This document shows, piece after piece, positions 49,201-61,000 of a DNA stretch of 64,000 nt. The position numbers and the translations under genes are program-made. The stretch is from Nitrospirota bacterium (GTDB taxonomy: Bacteria; Nitrospirota; UBA9217), in NCBI GenBank assembly GCA_963751455.1, contig CAVVUN010000015.1, positions 1,184,001 through 1,248,000 of the forward strand, written 5' to 3'. Numbering within the stretch: position 1 is the stretch's first letter; each line of letters begins with the position of its first letter. Below the pieces are notes generated by a model, which worked only from the letters and a program-made list of their open reading frames with translations, did not search any database and had not been told where the DNA came from.

Positions 49201-52200
49201 GTGATCGAAACCAAACAAATCAACAGTGCATGCCTAATTCAGATAATATTAACTTAATGATATCGCCTGTTGACACGCCATTGTCTCTTGAGCCGGTAGA
49301 TATGGCGAGTGGCGCGTATGTTTATAATCACACTGATTTAAACCTCGGCAGCAGCGCTCCGATGGGCCTCTCGTTTACAAGGTCATATAACAGCGGCTTG
49401 AACCGGATCAAACGGACGCTGGGCTACGGGTGGACGCACAACTACGACATTTACCTAACCCAAACCAGCCACGGCGATCCCGGTCTCGGCCGACGGCAGC
49501 CCGTGGACGCCGCGTCCTTTATCGCGGCCCTTTATGTAATATACGATATCTTAAAATCTGAAGACAACATCAGAGGATGGATGATTGGGTCGTTGATCAG
49601 TAAATGGGCCATAGATCAGTTGATCGATAACGCCGTTACAGTCCATATAGGAAGCAAGGTCGCGGAATTCATAAAGCTCGCCGATGGTACGTATGCCTCG
49701 CCGCCGGGTGTGACTACAAAATTGGTAAGAAACAGCGACGGAATATTCGATCTTCACGAGCGGTTTGGAACGAGCATGTATTTTAATACAAGCCATCGTA
49801 TCCGCGAAATTGTAGATGCAGATCGCAATACGATGGCGTTTTTCTATAATGGAGGCAACCTGGTTGCTGTGAGAGACGCCTTTGGGCGAATACTTTCATT
49901 CGGATACGATCCTTCAAACGAACAGATAAGCAGTGTGTGGGATACAACCGGTAGAATTGTTGACTATTATTACAGGTCGAATGGTGACCTGTCACAATAC
50001 AAAGATCCTGAACAAAAGATCTGGAGCTATGATTATGACACAGAGCACCGAATGAAGAGCCTTATAAATCCATTCGGGATTGATACGGCAAGAAATTATT
50101 ATGATACGATTGGACGGGTCGAGAAGCAGATCGTGCCTCGTCAGGGTGGGACGACTGCGGAGTATAATTTCTATTTTACCGGATACGAAAATTCAGAAGA
50201 AGATCCGGCAGGAAACAGGATTACCTATTATTTTGATGATAAGGGCAGAAATATTGGTGAGCAGGACGCACTCAAGAATAAATGGACCAAAAAATACGAT
50301 GGACAGGACCATGTAATAGAATTCAATGACCCTAAATTAAACAAAACATCGTATTTATATGATGGAAATCACAATGTCACGAGCATCATTAGCGCATTAT
50401 CCTATACAACGACTTTTCAGTATTACCCGGACACGTTCCTGTTGTCTGATATAATCGATCCGCTCCTTCACACAACCCATTTTGAATACAATTCCAGCAA
50501 TCATCTTAAGCTGACGCGGGACAATGAAGGCAACCAGTTTACAGCGGACTACTATCCAAATGGCCTCAAGCGGACTGCAACTGACGGACGAGGAACCACA
50601 TCGACGTTCGTCTATAACGCTTTAGGCGATCCGTACACATCTCAAACTGGCATACATTCGCTCATTACATATGCCTATGATCCCTTCGGCAGGATGACCG
50701 GGTTGACTGACCAGGCGAACGCTCAGACGACCTTTGAATATGACAAAAGAGGACTACTTAAAAAGATTATTGACCCAAGCCGGACTATATCAACCGATTT
50801 GGTATATTACGATGACGGAAATCTCTGGACTAAAACCGATCGTAACGGTCATACTGTAACCTACTCGTATACTCCCACAGGGAAAATCGAAACGATCACT
50901 TACCCTGATTTTTCTACAGTTACCTTCCTGTACAATCAACTAGATCAACTTTACGAAATGTGGGATTCAATCGGGACCACTTCGTATACCTATTTTGAGA
51001 ATGGCCGACTGAAGTCTATTACAGACCCTCGCGGCTTTACTGTTGGTTATAAGTACGACGCGGCCGGCAATGTATCAGAGCTTACATATCCTGACGGCAA
51101 AAAGTTGATTTACACATATGACAAATTAAATCGGATCAAGACGGTCAAAATCGATTGGCTGACAAAAACTGCCACTTATAACTATAAGGTCAAGGAACTT
51201 TATCTTGAAAATCTTGTCGGTTTTAACGGGCTTGTGACCGGTTACACTTATGACACTGCCCACAGGTTAACGGGAATCAGCAGTACCATAGCAAGCTATG
51301 CTTTTTCAGAACTTGATGGCAACGGCAATAGAAAAACCATCGTGCAGAACGAGCCGCTTGCGCCGAGTTTTGTTATGTCGGATGCAACTTACACTTATAA
51401 TGATACGAAAAACCGCTTATTATCTGCCGGAAATACCTCTTTTATTTATGACATTGAAGGTCAGCTTTTGGCAGGTGACGGTGTTACTAATGAATTTGAC
51501 TATGAGCACCGCCTGAGGAGGAGCGGAAGTAATTATTATTACTACGATAGCAGTGGGAGAAGACTGGAAGCAAATAGAAACGGCGTCACAACCCGCTATA
51601 TATATGATGCTGCTGGGAATGTCATTGCTGAAGCTGATAGCTCCAATACTATTACGCGGTATTACATCTACGGCGCAGGACTCTTGGCCATGGTTACGCC
51701 AGAGGGCGAGGTTTATAGCTATCACTACAATGCAACGGGCAGCACAACAGCGATGACTAACCAGAGCAAGACCATCGTGAATAAATACGCATATGATGCT
51801 TTCGGAGCGGTATTAAACCAGGTGGAGGCCGTATTGCAGCCCTTCAAATATATAGGCCAATTCGGCGTGATAGCCGAACCGAACGGATTCTATTACATGC
51901 GTGCAAGATACTATGACCCAAATGTGGGGAGATTTATTTCTGAAGACCCATTAGGTTTTGGCGGAGGGGATGTGAATCTGTACGCGTATGTGGGGAATAA
52001 TCCGGTGAACTTAATTGATCCGAATGGTAATGTTCCTCAGGCACTTGTAGGGGCTGCAATTGGTGGCGTAACAGGCGGAGTATTAGCTTACGTAAACGAC
52101 CAGCCTGTATTGCCGGGCATAGCGATGGGCGTAGGAACTGGTGCATTAGCAACAGTTACATTTGGAGCTTCTTGGCAACAAATTTTGCCAGTTCTGCTGC

Positions 52201-52423
52201 AATAGGGCTTGTATCTGCCGGTGGCACAAATCTTTTAGGACAACTTTATTCTGGAAACGAAATTAGCTGGAGTTCAGTAGCTTTCTCTGCTGCACTTGGC
52301 GCTAGTACAGGAGTGGCTGGCACTGCCATGGCTGGGAATACAGGCGTTATGGGAAGCGGTTTACTACAGGGTTTGGGTGAAATAGCATTTGGATTGCCTG
52401 CAATGCAAAGGTCATGTCCATAA
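46224..52423 (+). CDS. Secreted RHS protein: signal peptide, C1A papain-like peptidase, transglutaminase-like domain, DUF6531-like region, YD repeats, RHS core, Gly/Ala-rich C-terminal domain (frameshift near 52172)
   Basis: DQG.CG.CWAF, LSEQ, H...IIGY, SWG..WGE.GY; GNDFDQA.L.VALLR; EPVD..SG...R.YNS...G.GW; RARYYDP..GRF.SEDP...N.YAY..NNPV..IDPNG. Confidence 0.88.
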
Positions 52424-52446
52424 AACAAGAAGTGCCAAATATCTAA

Positions 52447-52926
52447 ATGGAGAATTATAGTATGCAGAATAGCAACAGCAATACGTACAAATATCCATGG
52501 ACGTACAAATTGAACTTCTTGCCTGGCGTATTATTCGTAAGCTTTTTTCTTTATTTAGTTTCGCAATCGAGATCGGAGGACAAGATTTATGGCTATATAA
52601 TTTTTGGAGTAATTCTAGCTTTTTTCATTTTATTGGTTTTTCTTGATAAAAGAAAAATTGCAGGAGAAATTCACACTACAGATGAAGCGATTATTGCGAA
52701 ACGAAAATATAAAAATGATAATTTAATAGAATGGCAACAGATTGAATCTTTAAAAAAAGAAGGTTCTAGCTATTCGATATCTACGAAAAAAAAAGACATA
52801 AAAATGTATGCCATAGTTATCGCAAAGAACAATAAAAGAATCGTTATCAGAAGAGAAATTAATAATTACAATCATCTTTTAAGCGTCATTGAAACAAAGA
52901 CTGGGAAACGGTTTGAAGATTTCTGA
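52447..52926 (+). CDS. Probable RHS immunity protein (2 TM plus basic domain)
   Basis: Directly downstream of the RHS C-terminus, markedly AT-rich. Confidence 0.6.
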   Translation: MENYSMQNSNSNTYKYPWTYKLNFLPGVLFVSFFLYLVSQSRSEDKIYGYIIFGVILAFFILLVFLDKRKIAGEIHTTDEAIIAKRKYKNDNLIEWQQIESLKKEGSSYSISTKKKDIKMYAIVIAKNNKRIVIRREINNYNHLLSVIETKTGKRFEDF

Positions 52927-53052
52927 TTAGACTTCAGTGAGGGAACGCTGGTAGGTCGGGTTAGCGAAGCGAACCCAAAATAATCGGCAAGAGCTTGAGG
53001 ATGTCTTCACTACGCGACGAATCCAGGTTTAATCGTGAGGGGAACATTTCTT

Positions 53053-54483
53053 ATGGCAAAAATTATTCGGATACTCTTGATGGCTTTGCTGCCGCTAATC
53101 TGTTTGAATGCATGCACGGATGATGGCGGTGGCACTAATCCGACTACCGTGAATGACAGTGGATATGACGGGGGAAGTGTTGAAACTACACTCGTGACAG
53201 TTACAACTCCACCAGCTGCCACACTGCCCGTTACGCCTTACCCTATGGAAGTCCCGATCGCGACAACGTCGGGCAATGAGCTCAGTATCAGCGCTGCATA
53301 TGACGGGACAAATATCTTGGTAGGGATTCGCGGCGATCAGGATTCCCCTGCCAATATTACTGCACAACTCGTGTCGTCAATGACAGGGAGCCTGGTAGGC
53401 CCGCGCGTCTCCGTAGGTCGGACCGGAGGAGCGCCTTCTGTGGCCTTTGACGGGTCTAATTATTTGATGGTCTGGCCTGATGATGCCACGTTTCCGAACA
53501 AGTTGTACGGCCAGCGAATAAGCACATCAGGGCAATTGGTCGGCGCGCCTTTTCCCATTGCCGTGACTGGTGATGAAGGCGGGCCGGTTATCTTTGATAG
53601 TGAGAATTATTTTGTCGCCTGGGAAATCAGGAGCAGTCCAAGCGTGACTGATACAGCCGATATATACGGACAGTTTATTTCCCCCTCGGGCGCTTTAATG
53701 GGATCAATAATTTCTGTTAGCACTGCCACCCATGGACAGAGAATGCCTGCCTTGGCCTTCGACGGAACGAACATTCTGGTGGTATGGGTCGACGGTCGCA
53801 ACCAGAGCGCGTGTTATACGGACCCGGCCACGCAACAGAACACATGCAAGGAATCGGATGTCTACGGACAATTTATAACAAAATCCTCGCCCGGAGAAGC
53901 CGGCGCCCTGAATGGCGACAATTTCCTGATAAACGAATCATCACTGCCGAACGAGAACCCGGCTATTTCCTTTAACGATACGAACTATCTTGTGGTAATG
54001 AATGAAGAATCAACACTCCCGAACGCCTGTCCCTCGGAAGGATGTCAATGGAGAATATACGGCCGGATTGTTACAACGGCGGGCATTCCCGGCGACTCAA
54101 GAGTCATCTTGAGCGATACGACCGCGGCTCGAAGGTCTCCGAAGACGGGCCGTTGCGGATCATATCATCTGGTAACCTGGACCGAAAATTTCGGAAGGCC
54201 GACGAGCAGGATAAAGGGTTGCTATTACGACGCTTCAGGTACATCCTATGGGGAGTTTACTATAGCTTCACCCACCGAGGACGGAAGACTCCCGTGGTCA
54301 GCGACACCCGCTTCACTTAAGATGATTGTGAACATAGGAAAGCCGGGTGCAGACCCCCTGAACACGGATTCTTATACAGAACAAGATGTCCTTGGAAAGA
54401 TGTTGCCGGTAATCTCAGAGATTGCCGTATCGCCGCTGGCAACAGTACAAGAACCGGACACGGGAGCGAATTCATCTTATTGA
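53053..54483 (+). CDS. Lipoprotein with FDG.NYLVVW...IYGQ beta-propeller-like repeats
   Basis: Lipobox LNAC, about six repeats. Confidence 0.78.
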   Translation: MAKIIRILLMALLPLICLNACTDDGGGTNPTTVNDSGYDGGSVETTLVTVTTPPAATLPVTPYPMEVPIATTSGNELSISAAYDGTNILVGIRGDQDSPANITAQLVSSMTGSLVGPRVSVGRTGGAPSVAFDGSNYLMVWPDDATFPNKLYGQRISTSGQLVGAPFPIAVTGDEGGPVIFDSENYFVAWEIRSSPSVTDTADIYGQFISPSGALMGSIISVSTATHGQRMPALAFDGTNILVVWVDGRNQSACYTDPATQQNTCKESDVYGQFITKSSPGEAGALNGDNFLINESSLPNENPAISFNDTNYLVVMNEESTLPNACPSEGCQWRIYGRIVTTAGIPGDSRVILSDTTAARRSPKTGRCGSYHLVTWTENFGRPTSRIKGCYYDASGTSYGEFTIASPTEDGRLPWSATPASLKMIVNIGKPGADPLNTDSYTEQDVLGKMLPVISEIAVSPLATVQEPDTGANSSY

Positions 54484-54581
54484 GGACTCTGACCCGATGG
54501 GGACCGAGAAAATTCAATTTTTAATCATACTTCAGCTTAGGCAGTCACTTTCGCGAAATTTTATGTCAGCGGGGAGGGACG

Positions 54582-56054
54582 ATGAAACATAAATTGAGTC
54601 TTGAGAGATTGCTGCTCTTTGTTTCAGCACTCGGGTTCATCTTTATCCCCGCTTTCGATTCCCATACCGCTACGGTGACACATACCTACGACGATCTTAA
54701 CAGGATAGAGCGGTCTGAGTATTCAGACGGCACTGTAATTATCTATAAGTATGACGAAGTCGGCAACCGTGAACGAAAGAGAGTCTTATACAAACCTCAC
54801 CTATTGACACTTCAAGTGAACGGTGGAGATTATGGTTCAGTTACAAGTGCACCAGCAGGCATTAGCTGCGGTACCAAATGCGAGGAGTTGTTCTCTGAGG
54901 GCACAGCAATTACGCTCACTGCCTCACCAAACACCTGCATGACGTTTACTGGCTGGAGCGGCGGCGGGTGCTCAGGAACAGGTACATGCTCTGTCACAAT
55001 AAGCGATGCAGCAACAGTTACAGCTACATTCACCCCCAATCCTCCTGTTACTCTTGCAGCATCGCCGCTATCGGGGAATTCGCCACTGATAGTTTCATTC
55101 ACCGACAACTCTATGTGTGCAACAGCATGGAACTGGAATTTCGGCGACACCGAAAATAATACGAGTACACTAAAAAGCCCTACTCACACCTATAATAAGT
55201 CTGGAATATATACTATTACTCTTACTGCCGACAGTTCGAGCGGATCAACAACAATCACGAAGTCAAATCTCATAAACATCGCAGGATTGCTGACCGTAGT
55301 AAAAGCAGGTCATGGCACAGGCAAGATTACGAGCAACACTGGGGGCATTGATTGTGGCGGTTCCTGTTCCGCTACATACGCAAAAGACACCACGGTTACT
55401 CTTACTGCAATGCCCGATCCCTGCATGAAATTAGCCGCATGGACCGGAGCATGCTCGGGAGCAGCAGCGTCATGTTCAGTTGCGATGACTGAATCAAAGA
55501 ATGTAACAGCAACGTTCAGTTATATTCAGCCAACCGCAAATTTCACCCCGGTGTCACAACAAACCGGAACCGCACCTTTCCAGGTTGCGTTTACTGATGC
55601 GTCAACGTGTGCAACGTCCTGGAGCTGGAACTTCGGAGACAGCGACCCGAATAATACGAACACCAGCACTGCGCAAAATCCGACTCCTCATACATACAGA
55701 AAGCCGGGCACCTATACGGTCGCACTGGTAGCTTCGAACCCGGACGGTTCATCGACAAATACCCAAACCGGTTTGATCTTCGCAAGCCCATGTTATAACT
55801 TTCCCGCGAAGATAGGAGACACGTACTACGGGTCTTTGACCGAGGCAATCACTGCAGCAGCAAGCGGTGCAACCATTAAGGCCCTGGCCGTAGATTTGAA
55901 CGGATCTGTAAGCGTAAATAAATCGCTGATCTTGAACGGGGGGTACGACTGCTACTATTCGAGCACGACCACAGGACCGACAGCTATAGGGGGCAATGTA
56001 GCGATTGAAAACGGAACGTTTAATGTCACGATGGACGGAATTAAAGTTAATTAA
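54582..56054 (+). CDS. Secreted protein: single YD/RHS unit, InlB-B-like repeats, two PKD domains, C-terminal domain
   Basis: YDDLNR....Y.DG....Y.YD.VGNR; G.VTS.P.GI.CG..C...LTA.P...F.GW.G.C; FTD.S...W.W.FGD...P.HTY..G.Y. Confidence 0.82.
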   Translation: MKHKLSLERLLLFVSALGFIFIPAFDSHTATVTHTYDDLNRIERSEYSDGTVIIYKYDEVGNRERKRVLYKPHLLTLQVNGGDYGSVTSAPAGISCGTKCEELFSEGTAITLTASPNTCMTFTGWSGGGCSGTGTCSVTISDAATVTATFTPNPPVTLAASPLSGNSPLIVSFTDNSMCATAWNWNFGDTENNTSTLKSPTHTYNKSGIYTITLTADSSSGSTTITKSNLINIAGLLTVVKAGHGTGKITSNTGGIDCGGSCSATYAKDTTVTLTAMPDPCMKLAAWTGACSGAAASCSVAMTESKNVTATFSYIQPTANFTPVSQQTGTAPFQVAFTDASTCATSWSWNFGDSDPNNTNTSTAQNPTPHTYRKPGTYTVALVASNPDGSSTNTQTGLIFASPCYNFPAKIGDTYYGSLTEAITAAASGATIKALAVDLNGSVSVNKSLILNGGYDCYYSSTTTGPTAIGGNVAIENGTFNVTMDGIKVN

Positions 56055-56181
56055 TCAAGTTCATAGTTCTAAGTTCAACAGTTCAAAGTTGGGAAGCGAT
56101 TAAAATAATAGATTTGATATTTGCCACAAAAATGCGCAGAAAGCACAAGGAAAACGTATTCTGAATAATCTCGGGGGGAAC

Positions 56182-58062
56182 ATGAAGAGAATCGTGGGTC
56201 TATCGATTTTTATCATCCTTATTGGTTTAAATCTATACGCAGGAGATCTGACTGTCGTTGGCACCGTCAATTTCGGTGCTCGTCAGAACGGTGGCCCCCA
56301 ACCTGGTTATTTAGGAAATACATGGACTCCTGCAGAAGGATACAAATTTTCTTATATCGGATCCACGTATTTTGACGGCACTAATTGGATAACTAATGCA
56401 AATGCTGGTTTTGGCTCAAATAATGTAGCAGAAATTGGTCTTGATGCGTCGGGCATCAAGTTTTATGCGCAAAGAGCCGCCACTGGCAATACCCAACGTA
56501 CCGATTCTACCGCCATTTTCGAAACGTATGAGCGTATGCGGATAGATAAGGATGGCAACGTCGGCATCGGGACAACCACACCTGGGCAAAAGCTTGATGT
56601 CCAGGGAGGCTATGTTAGGGCCTCTAACTCTGTTGCAGGTCCAGCAGCTTTTATGGAAGGCGGTGCTTCTGTAGCATATTTTGGAGCTCTCGATGGAAGA
56701 CGCGCATCTTTCGGCAATAGCGAAAATTGGGAAACTTTAACCGTTGATAACGGCAATGTCGGCATCGGGACGACAAATCCAAAACAGGTTTTGCAGGTAA
56801 ATACTAGTTTTGGTTTAGGATCAGGTGGTGGAGTGATATGGCCTGTTTTTGATCGAGATGCGAGTGATGGCGGTTTGTTTATACGATCTTACAATGACAC
56901 CAATCAAACATACTCGAATTTAGTAAAAATAAATGCGAATGGCAATGTCGGTATCGGGAAGAATCCGGAAGTGAAGTTGGATGTGAATGGCAATATAAAG
57001 ATAAGTGGCTCTATAAATCCGTATCTGCAAATAAATGACGGTACTTATAACGGGTATATCGAAGCAACAGGTGGGAGTCTACGTTCATATTGGAACGGAA
57101 GAGTCGGCTGGGTGCAAACCGCAGACGGCGATGTCGGCATTGGGAAAACGCCGGCGCCGGGAGTGAAGTTGGATGTTAATGGTACAACCTATGTGGAAAA
57201 GCTTCTGACTACAGGGAACAACTCCTACAACCCTGCTGATCCCAAGGCCGCTGATATTGTAGTCGGCAGCGATGCAGGGGCGCGACATGATTCCAGCGTG
57301 ATGTTCTGGTCCTCTGCGAGCGCCTCCAGGTTGTTTAATCAGAACGATGTGTTCTACATGAGCCCGTGGCATATGGATGCCGTTACAGGAGCCAATGTTG
57401 CGTTAGCAGCCGGTACTGGAAATAGCTATATCAAGAACGGCAGCGTCGGCATCGGGACAACTGATCCTACCCTGGGAGCATCTGTATCTAATCCAAAACT
57501 TAGTATCGCCGGTCCAACCGGCGATAATGCCAGATTAGGCATGAAGAGCGCCAAAAGCGGCGCATATACTTGGTGGCTTTATGCTGCTGATGATGCTTTT
57601 GGTCTGGGCGGCGGTACTGACGGCAAAGTAGGCAAAATTCAGGTGGCAAATAACGGCAATGTCGGTATCGGAGACTCGACCCCGGATTACAAATTAGTCG
57701 TTAAAGGCGGCATAATCTGTGAGGATCCAGACGGAGATGATACTTGTAATGCACCCGTACAGTCGGATATCAGGCTAAAAACAAATATCAGGAACATAAC
57801 CCATGCGCTAGACAAGGTGGAGCAGTTGCAGGGGGTAGAGTTCAATTATACGAAAGCAACCCTGCCCAAAGGAAATCAGATTGGCTTTATTGCGCAGCAC
57901 CTGGAAAAAGTATACCCGGAGCTTATCTATGAAGACATGGATGGCTATAAAATGATTGATTATCAGAAACTAACTGCCGTGCTGACAGAAGCAATCAAAG
58001 AGCAGCAAAAGCAGATCAATGAGCTTAAAGCTGATATTACACTTTTAAAAAAGACGAGATGA
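56182..58062 (+). CDS. Secreted tail-fibre-like protein 1 (6 GNVGIG units, C-terminal peptidase S74 chaperone)
   Basis: Signal peptide ...LNLYA|GDL, SDIRLKTNI, GFIAQ....YPEL, DY.KL...L..AIKEQQ. Confidence 0.85.
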   Translation: MKRIVGLSIFIILIGLNLYAGDLTVVGTVNFGARQNGGPQPGYLGNTWTPAEGYKFSYIGSTYFDGTNWITNANAGFGSNNVAEIGLDASGIKFYAQRAATGNTQRTDSTAIFETYERMRIDKDGNVGIGTTTPGQKLDVQGGYVRASNSVAGPAAFMEGGASVAYFGALDGRRASFGNSENWETLTVDNGNVGIGTTNPKQVLQVNTSFGLGSGGGVIWPVFDRDASDGGLFIRSYNDTNQTYSNLVKINANGNVGIGKNPEVKLDVNGNIKISGSINPYLQINDGTYNGYIEATGGSLRSYWNGRVGWVQTADGDVGIGKTPAPGVKLDVNGTTYVEKLLTTGNNSYNPADPKAADIVVGSDAGARHDSSVMFWSSASASRLFNQNDVFYMSPWHMDAVTGANVALAAGTGNSYIKNGSVGIGTTDPTLGASVSNPKLSIAGPTGDNARLGMKSAKSGAYTWWLYAADDAFGLGGGTDGKVGKIQVANNGNVGIGDSTPDYKLVVKGGIICEDPDGDDTCNAPVQSDIRLKTNIRNITHALDKVEQLQGVEFNYTKATLPKGNQIGFIAQHLEKVYPELIYEDMDGYKMIDYQKLTAVLTEAIKEQQKQINELKADITLLKKTR

Positions 58063-61000
58063 CAGTCTCAATCGTCATGTTTGACTTCTGACAGAACAGG
58101 GTTGTCTTGGTCCAGAGATAATTGATACGCGAAGTATGATGCGGGGGGGGATTATGAAGAGAGCAGCTGTATGTGTTTCGATTGTTATTGTCTTTATCGC
58201 TTTAAATCTATATGCAGGAGATCTGACTGTTACGGGAAAGCTTGGCGTCGGAGCTGATCCGCAACAGGAAAGGCTGTTTGTCAATGGAAATATTGGATCA
58301 AATAATCCTGGAAATAGGATTTATTTAAGAAGCAATGCGAACGATGCAAGCAGAAATACAAATTTTAATCCGAAACTTTTTTATGAAGGAATTATTTCAG
58401 GAAATGGAGATGGTTCGGGAGGAACATTGGAATGGGGTCTCCATCTTAACGCTCTTCCATGGAGTTGGGGGCAGGATAAAATTTATTATCACGGCGCCGA
58501 TCATATCTTTTACACGACAGAAGGGGCAGGTTCGGAGTCGGAAAAAGTTCGAATAATGCAAAACGGCAATCTAGGCATCGGCACAACGAGCCCGGTGACA
58601 CGGTTCGAGGTCGCTCCTCCGTATCCTTCAGCAGGCAATGTCGCAGCAGGAGTTTTTAGATTGAACGGCAACCAGTCATGGGGGCATGCGGTTACACTCG
58701 CCACCGATAATCCAACGGGTGATGACGCACGACTTCTCTTGAGCTACCGTAATAAAGCGAAGCAATGGGCTCTTGGTGGATTTTATAATAGCACCCGGTT
58801 TGGTATTTGGGAAGATGCGGGAGACGGAGTCTATGGTTCTGGCTGGGGTACCGAACGGTTCACGATTTCCGCAGGTGGCAACGTTGGCATCGGCAAGGCC
58901 GATCCAGGAGCGAAACTAGATGTAGTGGGGGACATTTGGTCAAACAGTAATAGGCCGATTAAAGTAAGCGGGATCCAGGGAAAAATTACTATTCAGGGGG
59001 ATACAGGTGGTTGGGCTAACTATCTTCACTTTTTGGGATCCAGCGGAACTGACAGAGGAGGCTTTGGTGCTCTTGGGGGTGCAGACGCCCTTGCATATCT
59101 TTATGCTGGTGATTCTTATTCTAATCCGACGACGGTTTGGAGAAGCGGCAACGTCGGCATCGGGACGACGGAGCCAGCTTCAAAACTTCACATTATCTCA
59201 GAAGAAATAGGCACTGGAGCAAATAAAGGATTTAGAATATCAAACTATAACAACAGCCAAAGTTATAGCTTAAGAACCGGTATTACGAATGTAACTAATA
59301 ATTCTCTTTCTGTCTATGATGAGAATGCAGGGGCAAATAGACTGGTAGTAGATACAAGCGGCAACGTCGGCATAGGGACGACAACGCCAAACTCAAAATT
59401 AAGCGTTGGCGGCGATGGCTATTCTGCCGCGGCGATCTATGGCTATGGTTCGTATGGTATCTCTGGCTGGGGCACGAATACAGGTGTTGAAGGTGGAAGT
59501 ACAGTCCCCGGCGGTAAGGGAGTCGTGGGCTTGGGTGACTTGGATGGTGTTGAAGGCTATTCCACACGCACCACAGCAGGCGGTCGCGGCGTGTTTGGGT
59601 TCGCATATAACGGATATGATTTCTATGCCGGTGGACCAGGCATCAATTACGGTCCGTTTACGGGCGGTCACGAGGTCAAGCTGTCGGATGATACCCCGAA
59701 GAACTTAAAGGCGGGTATGATTTTTTCCGTTACAGGCGAGTTGGAAGCCAGATCAGATGACAAGGGAAATATCAGCATATCATCAACGCTGCCGACGGTA
59801 GCGTTATCCAACATTGCAAACGACAAGGCGGTTTTCGGAGTATTAGTTATGGAAGCCGATGTGCCTGAGAAGCACTGGCATAAGAAAAAAGAAGGCGAGC
59901 GGTTTGCCGCCGTCAATGCTTTAGGCGAGGGCCGGGTGTTGGTGACCAATATCAACGGGGACATCGACGTGGGTGATTACATCACGACTTCGCCGGTTCC
60001 CGGGTACGGGCAAAAGCAGAACGACGATTTGCTTCATTCCTATACCCTGGGCAAAGCGATTGAAAAAGTGGATTGGTCCAAGGTGACGGAAACCGCAGTA
60101 TTTAATGGCAAGAAATATAAAGTATATCTGATCGGCGTAGTCTATACCAGTGGCTAATTCCTGCTTCAATGCCACATAAGCATTCATCGTGATGATGCTG
60201 TTGTAAGTCAGGGTTCCATTGATCTCAAAAAATACCGCGAATTATAATCGGGGGGATTATGAAGAGAGGTCTATGTATATCAATTGTTATTGTCCTTATA
60301 GCTTTAAATCTATACGCAGGAGACCTGAACGTCACGGGCAAACTGGGAGTTGGGCGGGACCCCGATCCTAACACAAAGATCAACCTGAATTACGGAGAGA
60401 TTGGTATAGGACAGCAAAATGATTTTACGCCGTATCTGCGTATCGGCATGGATTCATCTTGGGACCAATATATCGCCAATAATGCTTATTGGACGGGCTC
60501 AGGATATAACTATGTCAGCACAGGCGGTTATGGCGGACTTGCAAGTCGCATCCATCAGGTTTCAGGGACGATCCAGTTCGATACGGCTTCGGGCGGCGCT
60601 AATCCTATATCTTGGGCCAACCGTCTGTATATTGCAAATAACGGCAACGTCGGCATCGGGACGACCCCGGATTCACCTTTGACAATAAATTCGGGAAGTT
60701 ATTTAGTTAGGATCGGAACAACAGCTACTTCTTGGGCTGGGAACTCAACCTACCCCACAATATTCAGTTCAACTTCTGACCAATGGGTCATGTTCACGAA
60801 TCCTCATATTTCTTATACCCAAAATGGAATAAATGGTTTTAGTGGAAGTATGACAGGGGCGACTTTAAGAATGGCAGGAGACCCAACGGCCGCAAGTTAT
60901 TGGGACGCAGGTCCCGGGACTTCGGGTGCTGGAGCGGACAAATTTTCAATCGGTCGGAATTCCTCATCGTATTTTATAGTAGATAATTCCGGTAACGTCG

